From contig OZ251222.1 of assembly GCA_965240325.2 (NCBI GenBank), positions 1,054,001-1,118,000 on the forward strand: a stretch of DNA of 64,000 nucleotides, given 5' to 3'. The notes below the pieces were generated by a model. It did not search any database. It was not told the origin of the DNA and worked only from the letters and a program-made list of their open reading frames with translations. Position numbers and translations under genes: made by a program. Below are positions 34,226-44,472 of the stretch, piece after piece (positions within the stretch are counted from its first letter, which is position 1; each line of letters begins with the position of its first letter). Source of the DNA: Rebecca billardiae RCC1528 (taxonomy: Eukaryota; Protista; Haptophyta).

Positions 34226-35913
34226 ATGCTCGCGCGCCGATTCAGCAGCGCGGATGGGTCGACCGTGGTCGACCCTCCGCCTCGGCTGTCTCCGTTGGAT
34301 ATGGGCGAGGCCATCCAGGCTCTCCGCAACTCCACCATGTTCTCGACGCTCTCGGAGGCCAACCTGCGGCGCGTGGCCGGCCGCATGCACCGGCTGGAGT
34401 TCAACAAGGGTGATGTGCTGATGCGCCAGGGGGAGGCCCAGGAGCACATGTACGTGGTCACCTCGGGCACGGTGAAGCGCGAGCGGTACGAGCGTGGCCG
34501 TGTGCACGACACCGAGACCCTCGGCGCCTCGCACTCGCTCAACACGATTGGCGCATTGCATCTGCTCAGATGCGAGCCCACCTACGCGACCGCGCGGTGC
34601 GAGTCGCCCATCGTCGCGTACCGGTTGAGCTCGACCGACCTGGACGAGCTGCTGTGCTCGCCATCGATCGCAAAGGAGGTCGTCTTCGCGCTCACGCGGG
34701 AGATCAAGCGCCAGTCGATCAAGCTGCGCACGCCGCTGCTCGAGCAGCACTCGCTCCAGCTGCCGATCGTCCCCACGTCGGTCGCCGCCGCGATCGAGTC
34801 GTTCTACCGCTCGGCGCTCAACTCGTGGCTCAACTACCGGCTCACCGGGCACTCCGCCGCGCTGTTCCCCAACATGCACGTGCAGCTGCCCACGCGCGTG
34901 CTCTACATCAACGGCTTCAAGATCATCCGGCAGACTCTGGACGAGCACGTGCAGCCGGACGATTACTCCCACCCCGACGCCGTGCGCTGGCTCAAGGTGG
35001 GGGGGGCGCGTGCGCGCGAGGGCGCGCGGGTGGGAGTCGATGGAGCCGTGGCGCGTGGGCCTGGCTGGGTTGGGCGCGCGCCGCCAAGCGTGTGCCCGCT
35101 CGAGTGCCCACGCGCGCGCGCTTGACGTGACGGCGCGCTGGGCCGCTGCTGCGCCGGCGCCGCGCGCGCCCTGATCTCCGCCCATCCCGCCGACGCGCTC
35201 GCGCGCAGGCGATCACGCCAGGCCTCGCGATGACGCCTGTCTCGAGCGTGCTCGAGGCGTGCAACGCCGGCCACTCCAACCCGGAGCCCCTCGCCCTCCG
35301 CTGGATGCGTGGGCTCGTGCCGCGCGCCGGCCGCGAGGTGATTTTCGGCATTGGCTTGAACCAGCTCTCCGAATATTGCGAGGAGCGCGTGCCGGTGCAG
35401 GACCCGATGCGCCGCTCCTTCTTCGGTGCGCACGGCATGGGCGTCGACGCCGCTCGCCTCGCGGCACGCCACGCCGCGCCCCCGGCGCGCGGCTCACGCG
35501 CCCCCGACACGCCCAACCCGGCTGCGCGCCCTGCTGCGCGCCCTTCCGGCCCTCCAGGCTCTCTGACTGCGGGCATCATCTGCGGCTACCTCAGCCACGT
35601 GCCGCACAACCTGTCGACGCTCAAGCTGCTGCACCCAGAGAAGACGTACATGCAGCACACGCACGACCTGATCAGGACCTCGTACCTGCGCGTGCCGCGC
35701 ACTGTGCCCAAGCCGGCGCGGTGGGCGACGGCGGCCATCCTGGCGTTTGCGGCGCCCGCGGGCCTCACCGTGCGGACGACGCAGATCGCGGGCAGCTTCT
35801 GCATCATCAACGGCGTGATTGCCGCCATGAGCCGGAGCAAGAACGGCAACGGCAACGGCAACGGCGCTTATGCCACCACCGCCCTCGGCACCACGGTCCC
35901 GCTGAGGCGATGA
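34226..35913 (+). CDS. Cyclic-nucleotide-binding domain fused to a divergent mitochondrial-carrier-like domain, 3 exons
   Basis: CNB: MFSTLS..L..VA..M....FNKGDVLMRQGE...MYVVTSGTV...IGALHLL..EPTYATARC. Carrier-like: MTPVSSV, RGLVPRAGREVIF, GSLTAGIICGYLSHVPHNLSTLK, GLTVR. Introns 34997-35208 and 35426-35557. Confidence 0.75.
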
Positions 35914-36977
35914 GCACCTCCACCAGTCAGCAGGCGCACTCGCACGCACCCGGCGCACACGAGTTCCCAGCCAGCACCCTGTCTAGCGGCTTGTCTTGCC
36001 CTGTGCCCCAGCGGCGGCCACCCGTCACCACACAGTCCGGCACTGCACACCCTGCACGCACCATCATGCATTCAATCCAGCACACTACCGCGCAGCTCGC
36101 ACTGTAACGACAGGGCGCCGCTCCTTCCGATGCCGCGCACCCGGTTTGAGTCCACGCCTCTGAGCCGCTGAGCCGCTGACCGCTCCCGCCGGCGGCATCA
36201 TCATCCGATCAATATCTCACTGCCGTACAGGTCTAGGCCTGCCCCGGAGCCCCAAGCCGGGTACTGGGGCTGCCACCATCCGTCCGACATGTAGTGTGAT
36301 GTGACGTCCGTCTGCTCGCCCTTCGGGGCGGCCATTCAGATATATATATATGTGTCCTCCTGCATGAAGAGCGACGCGACGCCATTGAGTATGGACGAAC
36401 ATCACCCACAGTCTGCGTGATGTGCATGCGAGGGCAGGTATTGCAGCATATATGCGAGCATGCAGCAAATGCCGATACACACCATGCCGAAATGGTGATG
36501 TATAAATATATACTTGCGCGTGGTGGGGATTTCGCAACGAGCACAAGCAAAGAACGCAGAGGAGATGGCGGGACCTCGGGCTTTGCAGATGCGCAGGCCG
36601 AAGCAGGGGCTGCCGAGAGATGAGCAGCTCGGCCCGAAAGGTCGTGTAACCGATGATCGAGCGAGCTCTGCTTAGGTGGGCTGCTTGATATGAACTTTGG
36701 TAAGTTGCCACGCCGACTTAAGATGACCTTGTATATGATCTCGAGCGCCGGATAGTGGAGAGGAGCGGGTACTTACAGAGGAGCCAGTGTGGTTGGCCGA
36801 TATGAAAGGACCAGCGCCCGCCATGATGATGATAAAGGATAGCTCCGTGGCCGATGAGCTCCGGAAATCGACTGCAACTACCTGCAGGACCTAGAAGACG
36901 ATGGCGGCCCTTGTCCACCAGCTGCGCGTTGCCTTTCCAGCCTCCCGACACACTCGGTTATAACTCCGTTATAACGC

Positions 36978-37110
<133 letters not shown>

Positions 37111-37530
37111 TGGCTGCTTCACTCTTCAGCCGGCCGCGCCGTGACGCCGCGACGCGCCGTGACTGCCGTCGGCGTCTGTTACTCAGTGTCTGTCCGCGGT
37201 GTATTAAGCTTGTGGTGATAACGACCGATGAAGGCTCGTGGTCACTTACTGATCTGCAGCCGCACCGGCTGAGCCGGACAGTGAACGTCTGGGCAAAACG
37301 GGCGCGCCACAGGCCGCACGTTACGAAGGCACGCGGCTCGCCTTAGACTCTAGTTAGACGCGCGACAGGCGCCGTACCAAAAGAAAGGCAGTCGCCCGAG
37401 CCATCGACTCCATCGCTTGCCGAGCCAGCGGGGGAGCGCACCGAGCGCGTTGCTAAGCCGAAGTTCATCAGCGCAGCTGCTGTCATGGCGCTAGGCCAGG
37501 CTGCCAGATGAGTATACGTGACTCATAAAT

Positions 37531-38808
37531 ATGACCGCGTTCCGCGGTCCTTTTCTGCATAGAATCAACGCAGTTGGGGGCCCGCGGTGGCCGTGCAATC
37601 GCGGCTCTCCGCCGTAGTGGCAGTTCGCCAGTTGAAGTCGGTTCTGAGATGACTGAAGCTATTAGTCCGACCGTCGCCCTGCCTGCGCGACCGCGAGACT
37701 CATTCACACTTCACACAATCACAGCAGCGGACCTGAGACCGCACCCGGCACCGGTCGTCAAATCGGACGTCCGTCTGACAACTAGCTGCCAAATGTCCAA
37801 CTGGCTGATCAGCTCGGATCCGACCCGTCCGCGATCGTGCCATCGGCATCGGAATTACTACTAGTAGCTGCCAAACTGTGTCCAACTCTGGCTGATCAGC
37901 TCGGATCCGACCCGTCCGCGATCGTGCCGAGTGAGTCGTGCCGCGGAGCTCGGAGTACTGAAGGAGTCGGGTGTGACAGCAGGGTGCTTTAGCGCTGCGG
38001 CCCGTGCCAGCCAACGACCAGACGTACTCTGGCCACTTGACCCGTTGCACGGGTGAGTGACCGTACGCCCTGCCTAGTGCCTACCGCGCGCGCCGCGCGA
38101 CCGGCGACTCGGGGTGATGGAGAGCGGATGGCGACAGCAGCAGCAGTCCTCATGAAGACGATGAAACTGGCGGCACGGGTGCACGAGGTGGCAGGCGAAA
38201 GCGCGCCGACGAGACCGCATTTGACACACCTGAGCCGCACGCGCGTGCCGTCGCCCGAGCGGCGAGCGCTGCAAACGCGCAACCGTACCGCGCGCGCCAC
38301 GACGGCGCGGCACTAGCTGATGCAGGCCGTACTGCCGGCACTGCTTCTGCGATCATGCGCCACGGTCGCAGCTGACTGCGTGAGCAGCAAGCGGGAGGCG
38401 GGTCCGGAGGCACGTGCAGGCGCCGTCCCGCATATCCGCCATGCCTGGGCACGTCACCTCCGACGATCCGGATGTGGCCCAGTCCGGACGTCACGCGATC
38501 CGGGAAGACGAGTACGATTCGCTCGTAACGAACCGTTACACTAATGTCACGTCCAGCTGACGTCCAGATCGCACTTTACTTAAGGGAATCAGCTGGGCGC
38601 GGTTTTTTTTGGCCTGATAGACCTCTCAATGCGATCTCAAAAACTCGAAACTCGGTCTCCGCCAGCCCTAAAAATCGCCCCCCGTCCCTTTTTTTCCGCC
38701 GCCCCCCGTCCCTTTTTTCTTGACGATCAAAGATCTTTTTGAAACGTGGTTCGGGCCCGCTGGTGCGGGCTCCACGCTGCGCGCTCCGCCCTGCACCGCG
38801 GGCCATAA
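37531..38808 (-). mobile_element. Non-autonomous Helitron2/Helentron-like element, copy H1
   Basis: Minus-strand 5' end TTATGGCCCGCGGTGCAGGGCGGAGCGC; 5' hairpin (38754-38766 pairs with 38793-38804); subterminal inverted copy at 37577-37589; 3' hairpin GACCGCG-GAA-CGCGGTC. Both ends are homologous to 44473-46617. Confidence 0.72.
37783..37928 (+). repeat. Direct duplication of ~60 bp inside H1
   Basis: TAGCTGCCAAA...GGCTGATCAGCTCGGATCCGACCCGTCCGCGATCGTGCC at 37783-37841 and 37865-37928. Confidence 0.92.
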
Positions 38809-39204
38809 GTCATAATCCGGTGGCCCCATCATTCATCAGACATCATCAACCGCGTCGGTATAAAGCTGGCGGGAAAGCTGAGACTGCTATGTGGCCCGTA
38901 TATATATCGTCAATAAAGTTGTATTTGATGATGACTGACACTAGCTGCTGCTATGTTGTCGTCATTGACTGTGTCTACTACACGTATCGCGACTACTGTG
39001 ACACGCCCGCGCGGTACGAGGGAGCTAACCCATATATACATATATATTGGCCGCCATATATTATTCCAAAAGCACGAACTCCGAGGACGTGGGTGGAACT
39101 ACAAATACAATCAGCATATCAATTATTATAATTCGTCTTCTGACGAAGTAGGCTAATTTTAAAATACGTATATATATAATCCTGGCTCGCCACGTATCAC
39201 CATC

Positions 39205-40887
39205 TCACGGGCTGGGATCCAGGTCGATCGCGTGTGCAGCGCAACGACCGGAGTCGTCGTCTGACGGAGCCTCCGAGAGGCAAAATGTTGATGTCGTCGT
39301 TGCCTCGAACGGCATCATCGCCACATCAGGAGAGCCCGGTGGCGACTGCGATGCCTCCGGCGGCGACATGGTCTGGGGCGAGTGCACTGGGCCCTGCCAA
39401 TGCCAGTCGTCTGCGGCGGGTAGCATCTCGGTCGTCTCGCCAGCATCGGGCGTCTCATCTGCCGCATCGCCGCGAGGGCTGGCCGACTCCACAGCGCTTC
39501 GGTTGGGGAGAGGCGTGCCGACCTCCGCAGCGTGCCCACGCTCGTCCGCGGCCAAGGAGGCACCGCGAGAAGCGGGGCTGAGCGGCGCGTCGTCCTCCTC
39601 GCTCGTGAGCCGGTCGTCCGCGGTGATGTCCAGGTCAACCGCGCCATCCTCCTCCGTGAGGTCCAGCTCCGCCAGCCGGCCCTGAACCGATGCGCGAGGA
39701 GCGTGCGGCGGTTGCTCTGGGTGCGTGCGCGCGCGCGGAGCGCTCGAGCCAGCTGCAGCGGACCCGGTGGCACGGGCCGGCGGCGGCATCGCGCCCGCGG
39801 TGCGTGGCGGCGCGGCGGTGCGGGTCGCCGCGTCGAGGCCCAGCCGCACCGCATCGGGCCACAGCAGCCGCTGCTCGCAGCTCGGGCACTTCCCTGCTGC
39901 CGGGATGAGCTCGAGAGTTGCGCGCTCTCCGAGGAAGCGGGCTGCAAGGCAGTGCGGGTGGGCGGCGAGCTGCGCGCACGAGCAGCCGACAAAGTGCGCG
40001 CCGAGGGCGTCGCCGCACAGAGTGCACGGGAGCGCGCGCGCTGTCGGGGCGCGAGTTTCGGCCGTGCGCGCCGCCACGCGCGCGCGGCCCTCCGCCTCGC
40101 CCGTGGCGGGGCGACGCAGCTCGAAGCCGGTGCGGTCCTGGACGGCACCGTCGACGTCGCTGCCACTGTCCGCGCGGTCGAGCATGTCGATGATGGCGTC
40201 CTCTTCATCGCTGCCCTCGTCTTGCCCCTCTCCCTCCACCTCGCCCTCGTCTTCGTCGTCCTCTTCGCCCTCCTCCTCCTCCTCCTCCTCCTCCTCGTCG
40301 TCCATCTCGCTCTCCGCCGCTGCGCCGCGCGCGCGGGCCGCAGAGTGTTGCCGCAGGGCATCGCATGCGCTCGCGTCCCCAGAGGTGATGCGCGCGCGCA
40401 CGTGCTCCGGCACGGCGGGCAAGTGCATCTCGCCGCGGAGCAACTGCTCGTGCCGCTGCACCACGAAGTGAGACGGCTGGTGTGCGCAGCCGAACAGGTG
40501 CACGCCGAGCGGCTGCAACGAGAATGGCTTGGTGTTCAGGATGAGCGCGAGCACCACGAGGCGGGAATCCAGCCGATTCTTCCCGCGGCTCTTGACGTGC
40601 TGGGAGACGGCGTCACGCAGCAGGCGGGACTTGTCCGGCTTCGTCCACGCCCACTCGAACTGCAGCGCGATCGTCTTCGTGGTGAAGCCGTGCACGACGA
40701 GGACGAGTTCCCACGGCCTGAAGCGCGCCGTGCGCAGCGCGCCGCCCTTGATCTCGCCGTTGTGCTGGCGGATCCGACGGAGCGGGCTGACGGTGAAGCC
40801 GACGTAGGTGCGCCCGGCGCCCTTCGGGTGCAGTGACTGTAGCAGGTAGCACGAATACGTCGGCATCCGCGATGGCTCGCGTGCCAT
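39205..40887 (-). CDS. SLX1: Structure-specific endonuclease SLX1 (GIY-YIG plus RING/PHD-like zinc finger)
   Basis: YSCYLLQS, TYVGFTVSPLRRIRQHNGEIKGGA.RT..RPW..V..VHGF...ALQFEWAW; C-terminal CTLC..C..HPHCLA..F...LIP..GKCPSC...WPD. Confidence 0.93.
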   Translation of the reverse strand: MAREPSRMPTYSCYLLQSLHPKGAGRTYVGFTVSPLRRIRQHNGEIKGGALRTARFRPWELVLVVHGFTTKTIALQFEWAWTKPDKSRLLRDAVSQHVKSRGKNRLDSRLVVLALILNTKPFSLQPLGVHLFGCAHQPSHFVVQRHEQLLRGEMHLPAVPEHVRARITSGDASACDALRQHSAARARGAAAESEMDDEEEEEEEEEGEEDDEDEGEVEGEGQDEGSDEEDAIIDMLDRADSGSDVDGAVQDRTGFELRRPATGEAEGRARVAARTAETRAPTARALPCTLCGDALGAHFVGCSCAQLAAHPHCLAARFLGERATLELIPAAGKCPSCEQRLLWPDAVRLGLDAATRTAAPPRTAGAMPPPARATGSAAAGSSAPRARTHPEQPPHAPRASVQGRLAELDLTEEDGAVDLDITADDRLTSEEDDAPLSPASRGASLAADERGHAAEVGTPLPNRSAVESASPRGDAADETPDAGETTEMLPAADDWHWQGPVHSPQTMSPPEASQSPPGSPDVAMMPFEATTTSTFCLSEAPSDDDSGRCAAHAIDLDPSP

Positions 40888-40930
40888 GCTCACAGGGCAA
40901 CGGCCTACTACCAGGCGAAAGCCGCCATCG

Positions 40931-40940
40931 TTTTGGCGCG
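40931..40940 (+). promoter_or_regulatory. E2F-like site TTTTGGCGCG in the SLX1/TRM112 divergent spacer
   Basis: Matches TTTSSCGC, about 45 bp upstream of the SLX1 ATG. Single short motif. Confidence 0.35.
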
Positions 40941-41040
40941 ATGAGTTCCAGGGCCCTCGCCACTGAGTAGCAGCGGTGCGCGCCGCCGCCGGGTCCTGTC
41001 GTCGTGCCCAACGACGGCCGCGCGGAGCACGGCTCGGAGC

Positions 41041-41501
41041 ATGAAGCTTCTCACGCACAACATGCTCACCTCGCCGGGGAACGCAAAGGGCTTCCCGCTC
41101 AAGATCGAGGCAGAGAGCGTCGAGGAGGTGGAGACGGATTTCAACGCCGAGTTTGTCGCGCGCATGGTGGGCAAGCTCGAGTGGAAGGCCTTGCTAGCGG
41201 CCGTGAAGGAGGTTGGGATTACTGCGCAGCTTCCGCCGGAGGTGCCTGAGAAGTACGAGGAGGACGAGGAGTTCTTGAAAGTGCTGCACCACGTCCTACT
41301 CGAGGTGCGTGCCGGGGACCTTGGATCCGCACTTCGCGTCTGCCCGAACGCGCGCGCATGACTGCGACAACGCCGTGCGCTCATCCGGGTGCGAATGCGA
41401 TGCGTGTTCCTGCGCAGGTGGAAGTGGTGGAGGGCCACCTGGTATGTCCGGAGACTGGTCGGAAATTTCCCGTCAAGGAGGGCATACCCTCCATGATCTA
41501 G
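41041..41501 (+). CDS. TRM112: Methyltransferase activator Trm112, 2 exons
   Basis: MKLLTHNML, GFPLKI, DFNAEF, FLKVLHHVLLE | VEVVEGHLVCPETGRKFPVKEGIPSM. Intron 41305-41417. Confidence 0.95.
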
Positions 41502-41994
41502 CCGCTGATGACTAGCATTGCCGTGCTGGCTGCCAACGAGGCGCTGCATGGCGCCGTCTGCCATCTGGCTGGCGTCTCGGCGTCTCCGCGTCTCGGACCG
41601 CAGCTCTTGCTAAAGTTCAATGAGTCTGACGTCTAAGCATGCTCCCTGCTCACTGTCGTCGGGCACTGGCCGTGGGTCGTCGACCAGCAGCAGTGCTGTG
41701 ATGAGCTGTCCGATTACTGCAATAACTGCCGCGTGTGATACTCTGGTGCCGCCTTTCCGACGAGTCTAGCTGTAATCGCTCAGATCGATAGTCTTCATGA
41801 TTCGATCTTCAAAGTCGTCGTCGACTTGTCACGACGACATATTACTGAGATTACATTTATTATGTAACAACGTGACGGCGATGACATCATCATTCGGCCC
41901 ATTTTTGACGCGCAGATGAAAACGACGGCCGCCCCTCGCGATGCGGAGCGGGACCGGAACCGACTCGATCGTCGCCGCGGGCACGATCCGGGCC

Positions 41995-43104
41995 CTATTT
42001 GGTGGCAGCCGACGTCGGCCCACCTCGCGAGAATCGCGGGTTGCGAGCGCGCAGCTGCTCGAGCGCTTGCGTCGCAAGGCCTGCCGCCTTGCCCGTGTTC
42101 ACAATGCCGTCGATGAAGAGGACCGTCTGCCCGCCCACTTTTTGGAAGTGGAACTCGATGTAGCGCTCGATGTCGAACGGGCGGAAGAGCATCGGCGCGA
42201 TCGCCATGGCGATGGAGAGCACCCAGCCGCGCACGAGCCCGATCACCAAGCCGACGAGGCATGAGGGGCCGCTCGAGTGCGCCATTGTCGTGATGCGCAT
42301 CGACTCGCGCGCCGCGCGGGCGAGGAGAGCGAGCAGCTCACGGTCGCGGCGCAGCCGCCCCCAGTCCCACGCGCAGACCTCGAGGGCCACGAGCCAGGGC
42401 ATCAGAAAGCCTTCGGCCGGCGCGAGCTCCGCCCCGACCGAGGGCACCACCTTGCACCCCAGCCCGCCCACTCGCAGCGCGCGACACAACGCCCCGAGCA
42501 CGCGCGGCTGCTGGCACCCTCTGGCCGTTGAGAACAGGAACGGCCCCGGCACGACGTACGCGACGGGGGCTGCGACGCCAGCGCCGGCCGCGGCGGGGGC
42601 GGCGGGCGGCGGGATGGCAGGAAAGCGCTCCCGCGGGAGGGGCGCCTGCCATGCGATGAACGTGATGCCACCTTCGACCACGGCGGGCGCGGTGGGAGCG
42701 GCGCCCAGCAACGTCTCACTCACAAAACGGCGGTCCTCCAGGCCGGCTGCCAGCAGGATCACGGCATGGCACGGGATAGTAGAGAGCCCGACCAGCGATC
42801 GTAGCGCGTCTGCTGGGATTGCGAGGACGATCACGTCCCAAGGCCCAGCCGCGCGCGCATCCTCGACGGAAGCATGCGTGGCGACGCGGTGCGTCGACAC
42901 GGCTGCGCGGCCACCAAAGGGCGTGAGCGGCAGCTGGTGGAGCTCGATGGGGTTCGCGGTGAGGTACTGAGCGTGCTCCAGCCGGCGGACAAGGAAAGCG
43001 ACCGTTGCGCCGCCACGAATGAGGTGGCTCGCGAGGACACGCCCGACGGCACCCGCGCCCACGATCAACGCGCGGGGCGCGCCATTTGATGGCAACCCCT
43101 CCAT
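41995..43104 (-). CDS. Ketopantoate reductase (PanE/ApbA)-like NAD(P)-dependent oxidoreductase
   Basis: ALIVGAGAVG Rossmann motif, VAFLVR, WDVIVLAIPADAL; C-terminal DIERYIEFHFQKVG.QT. Confidence 0.7.
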   Translation of the reverse strand: MEGLPSNGAPRALIVGAGAVGRVLASHLIRGGATVAFLVRRLEHAQYLTANPIELHQLPLTPFGGRAAVSTHRVATHASVEDARAAGPWDVIVLAIPADALRSLVGLSTIPCHAVILLAAGLEDRRFVSETLLGAAPTAPAVVEGGITFIAWQAPLPRERFPAIPPPAAPAAAGAGVAAPVAYVVPGPFLFSTARGCQQPRVLGALCRALRVGGLGCKVVPSVGAELAPAEGFLMPWLVALEVCAWDWGRLRRDRELLALLARAARESMRITTMAHSSGPSCLVGLVIGLVRGWVLSIAMAIAPMLFRPFDIERYIEFHFQKVGGQTVLFIDGIVNTGKAAGLATQALEQLRARNPRFSRGGPTSAATK

Positions 43105-43306
43105 CCTGCACGCGTGCGGGACGACGAATTCACGACCGGATGCTGAGTCTGAATTCTCGTCTGAAAAGCTTTCCAACTTTCCGGAGCCACGTCGAACAGT
43201 TTCGAGAACCCTTTCGTCTTTTCGCGACCGCGAATGCCGGTTCTCGAACCGGCACGCTGACCAACGGAGAACGTACTGTGCGGCCAACGGCCCGTCCGCC
43301 GCCGAG

Positions 43307-44264
43307 ATGCTCCACCTCCTCCACCTCGCCGCGGCGCTGCCAACCCCGTCGCCCGCGGTGCATGTTCGGGTGCCTGTCAACCAGACGCATGACACCGCTC
43401 GGTTCACCCCACGCCTCTTCGACGCGGCCGACCTCTCGGCCATGGACGCACATTTCGGTGACATGCCTCTCGACCCGTACCTGAAGACACCACGAGCTTC
43501 TCGTACGCGCCGCTATGCCAAGCTGCAAATCGCGCGCCTCGACGAGCCGGCGCCACGCAATGCGCGGTACATGACCAATGTCTTCATCCAGGTGATGCAC
43601 TGCATATGCGCGTGCGCAGCGAGCGCGCGAGCGCGCGTGTGCGCGCCCTGCTAGCGGCCGTGCGCTCGCTGCTCACGCACGCCGTGCCCCAATGCGTACG
43701 CGCGCCGTGGTACAGACGGGCTACTACAACGACCTCGTCAAGACGGGCGAGGTCGCGCTCGTTCGGCGATACGAACGACTTTCGGACCAGCTACTGACCC
43801 TCCCGGCCGTGCAGCGCCTGCTCGACCACTGCTCGGACGAGATGCTCGCGATGGGCGCCCGCCACGACGTGCCGTACGAGTTGGGGCTGCACACGATCCG
43901 CACGTCGGCGCCAGGCATGCCCACCCCCGAGGGCGTCCATCGCGACGGCTACGCCTTTGTGCACACAACGATCATCGATCGTCAGGGCATCGAGGGCGGG
44001 AGCTCGCGCGTGCACACGGGCAAGTACGACGAGCCTCTGTTGGACGTGCCCATGATCCCGGGCGACAGTCTGATCATCAACGACGAGGCGGTGATGCACT
44101 CAGTGAGCAACATCACGGTGGTCCCAGGCCGCGAAGTCGGCCACCGCGACGTCATCGTCATCACCGCCCGCCCGTGGGCCTCCGGCGAGGCAGGCGAAGA
44201 GGAGGCACGAATCCTTGCCTCTCTCGAGGGCACCGTCGAGTCACCTGACGTCTCCGACTCGTGA
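43307..44264 (+). CDS. 2OG-Fe(II) dioxygenase (BsmA/2OG-Fe_Oxy_2-like), 2 exons
   Basis: MPLDPYL...R.RRY, FIQ|TGYYN (intron 43592-43715), HTIR, PTPEGVHRDG (HxD), IEGG, MHSVS (distal His), RDV. Confidence 0.85.
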
Positions 44265-44472
44265 CCGTTGGCTCCAGGCGCTCCAGCTGCAGGCTCGCTG
44301 ATCATGATGAATCATGTTGGCGCCGACTCAGCTCGTAACTACAGTACACAGCCATTCTACTTGTAGTCGTAGCATAAGTGGGCGATAGCGCCGCGCAGGA
44401 TGGCGTCGTAATCTGATCGGACTGATCACTCCGCCCGGGGCCGGGCGCCCGACCCGGACCGTCTGACGTCTC

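Noticed and set aside
39205-40887. GIY-YIG nuclease as a mobile-element or homing endonuclease
   Set aside because: The motifs and C-terminal zinc finger match the housekeeping SLX1.
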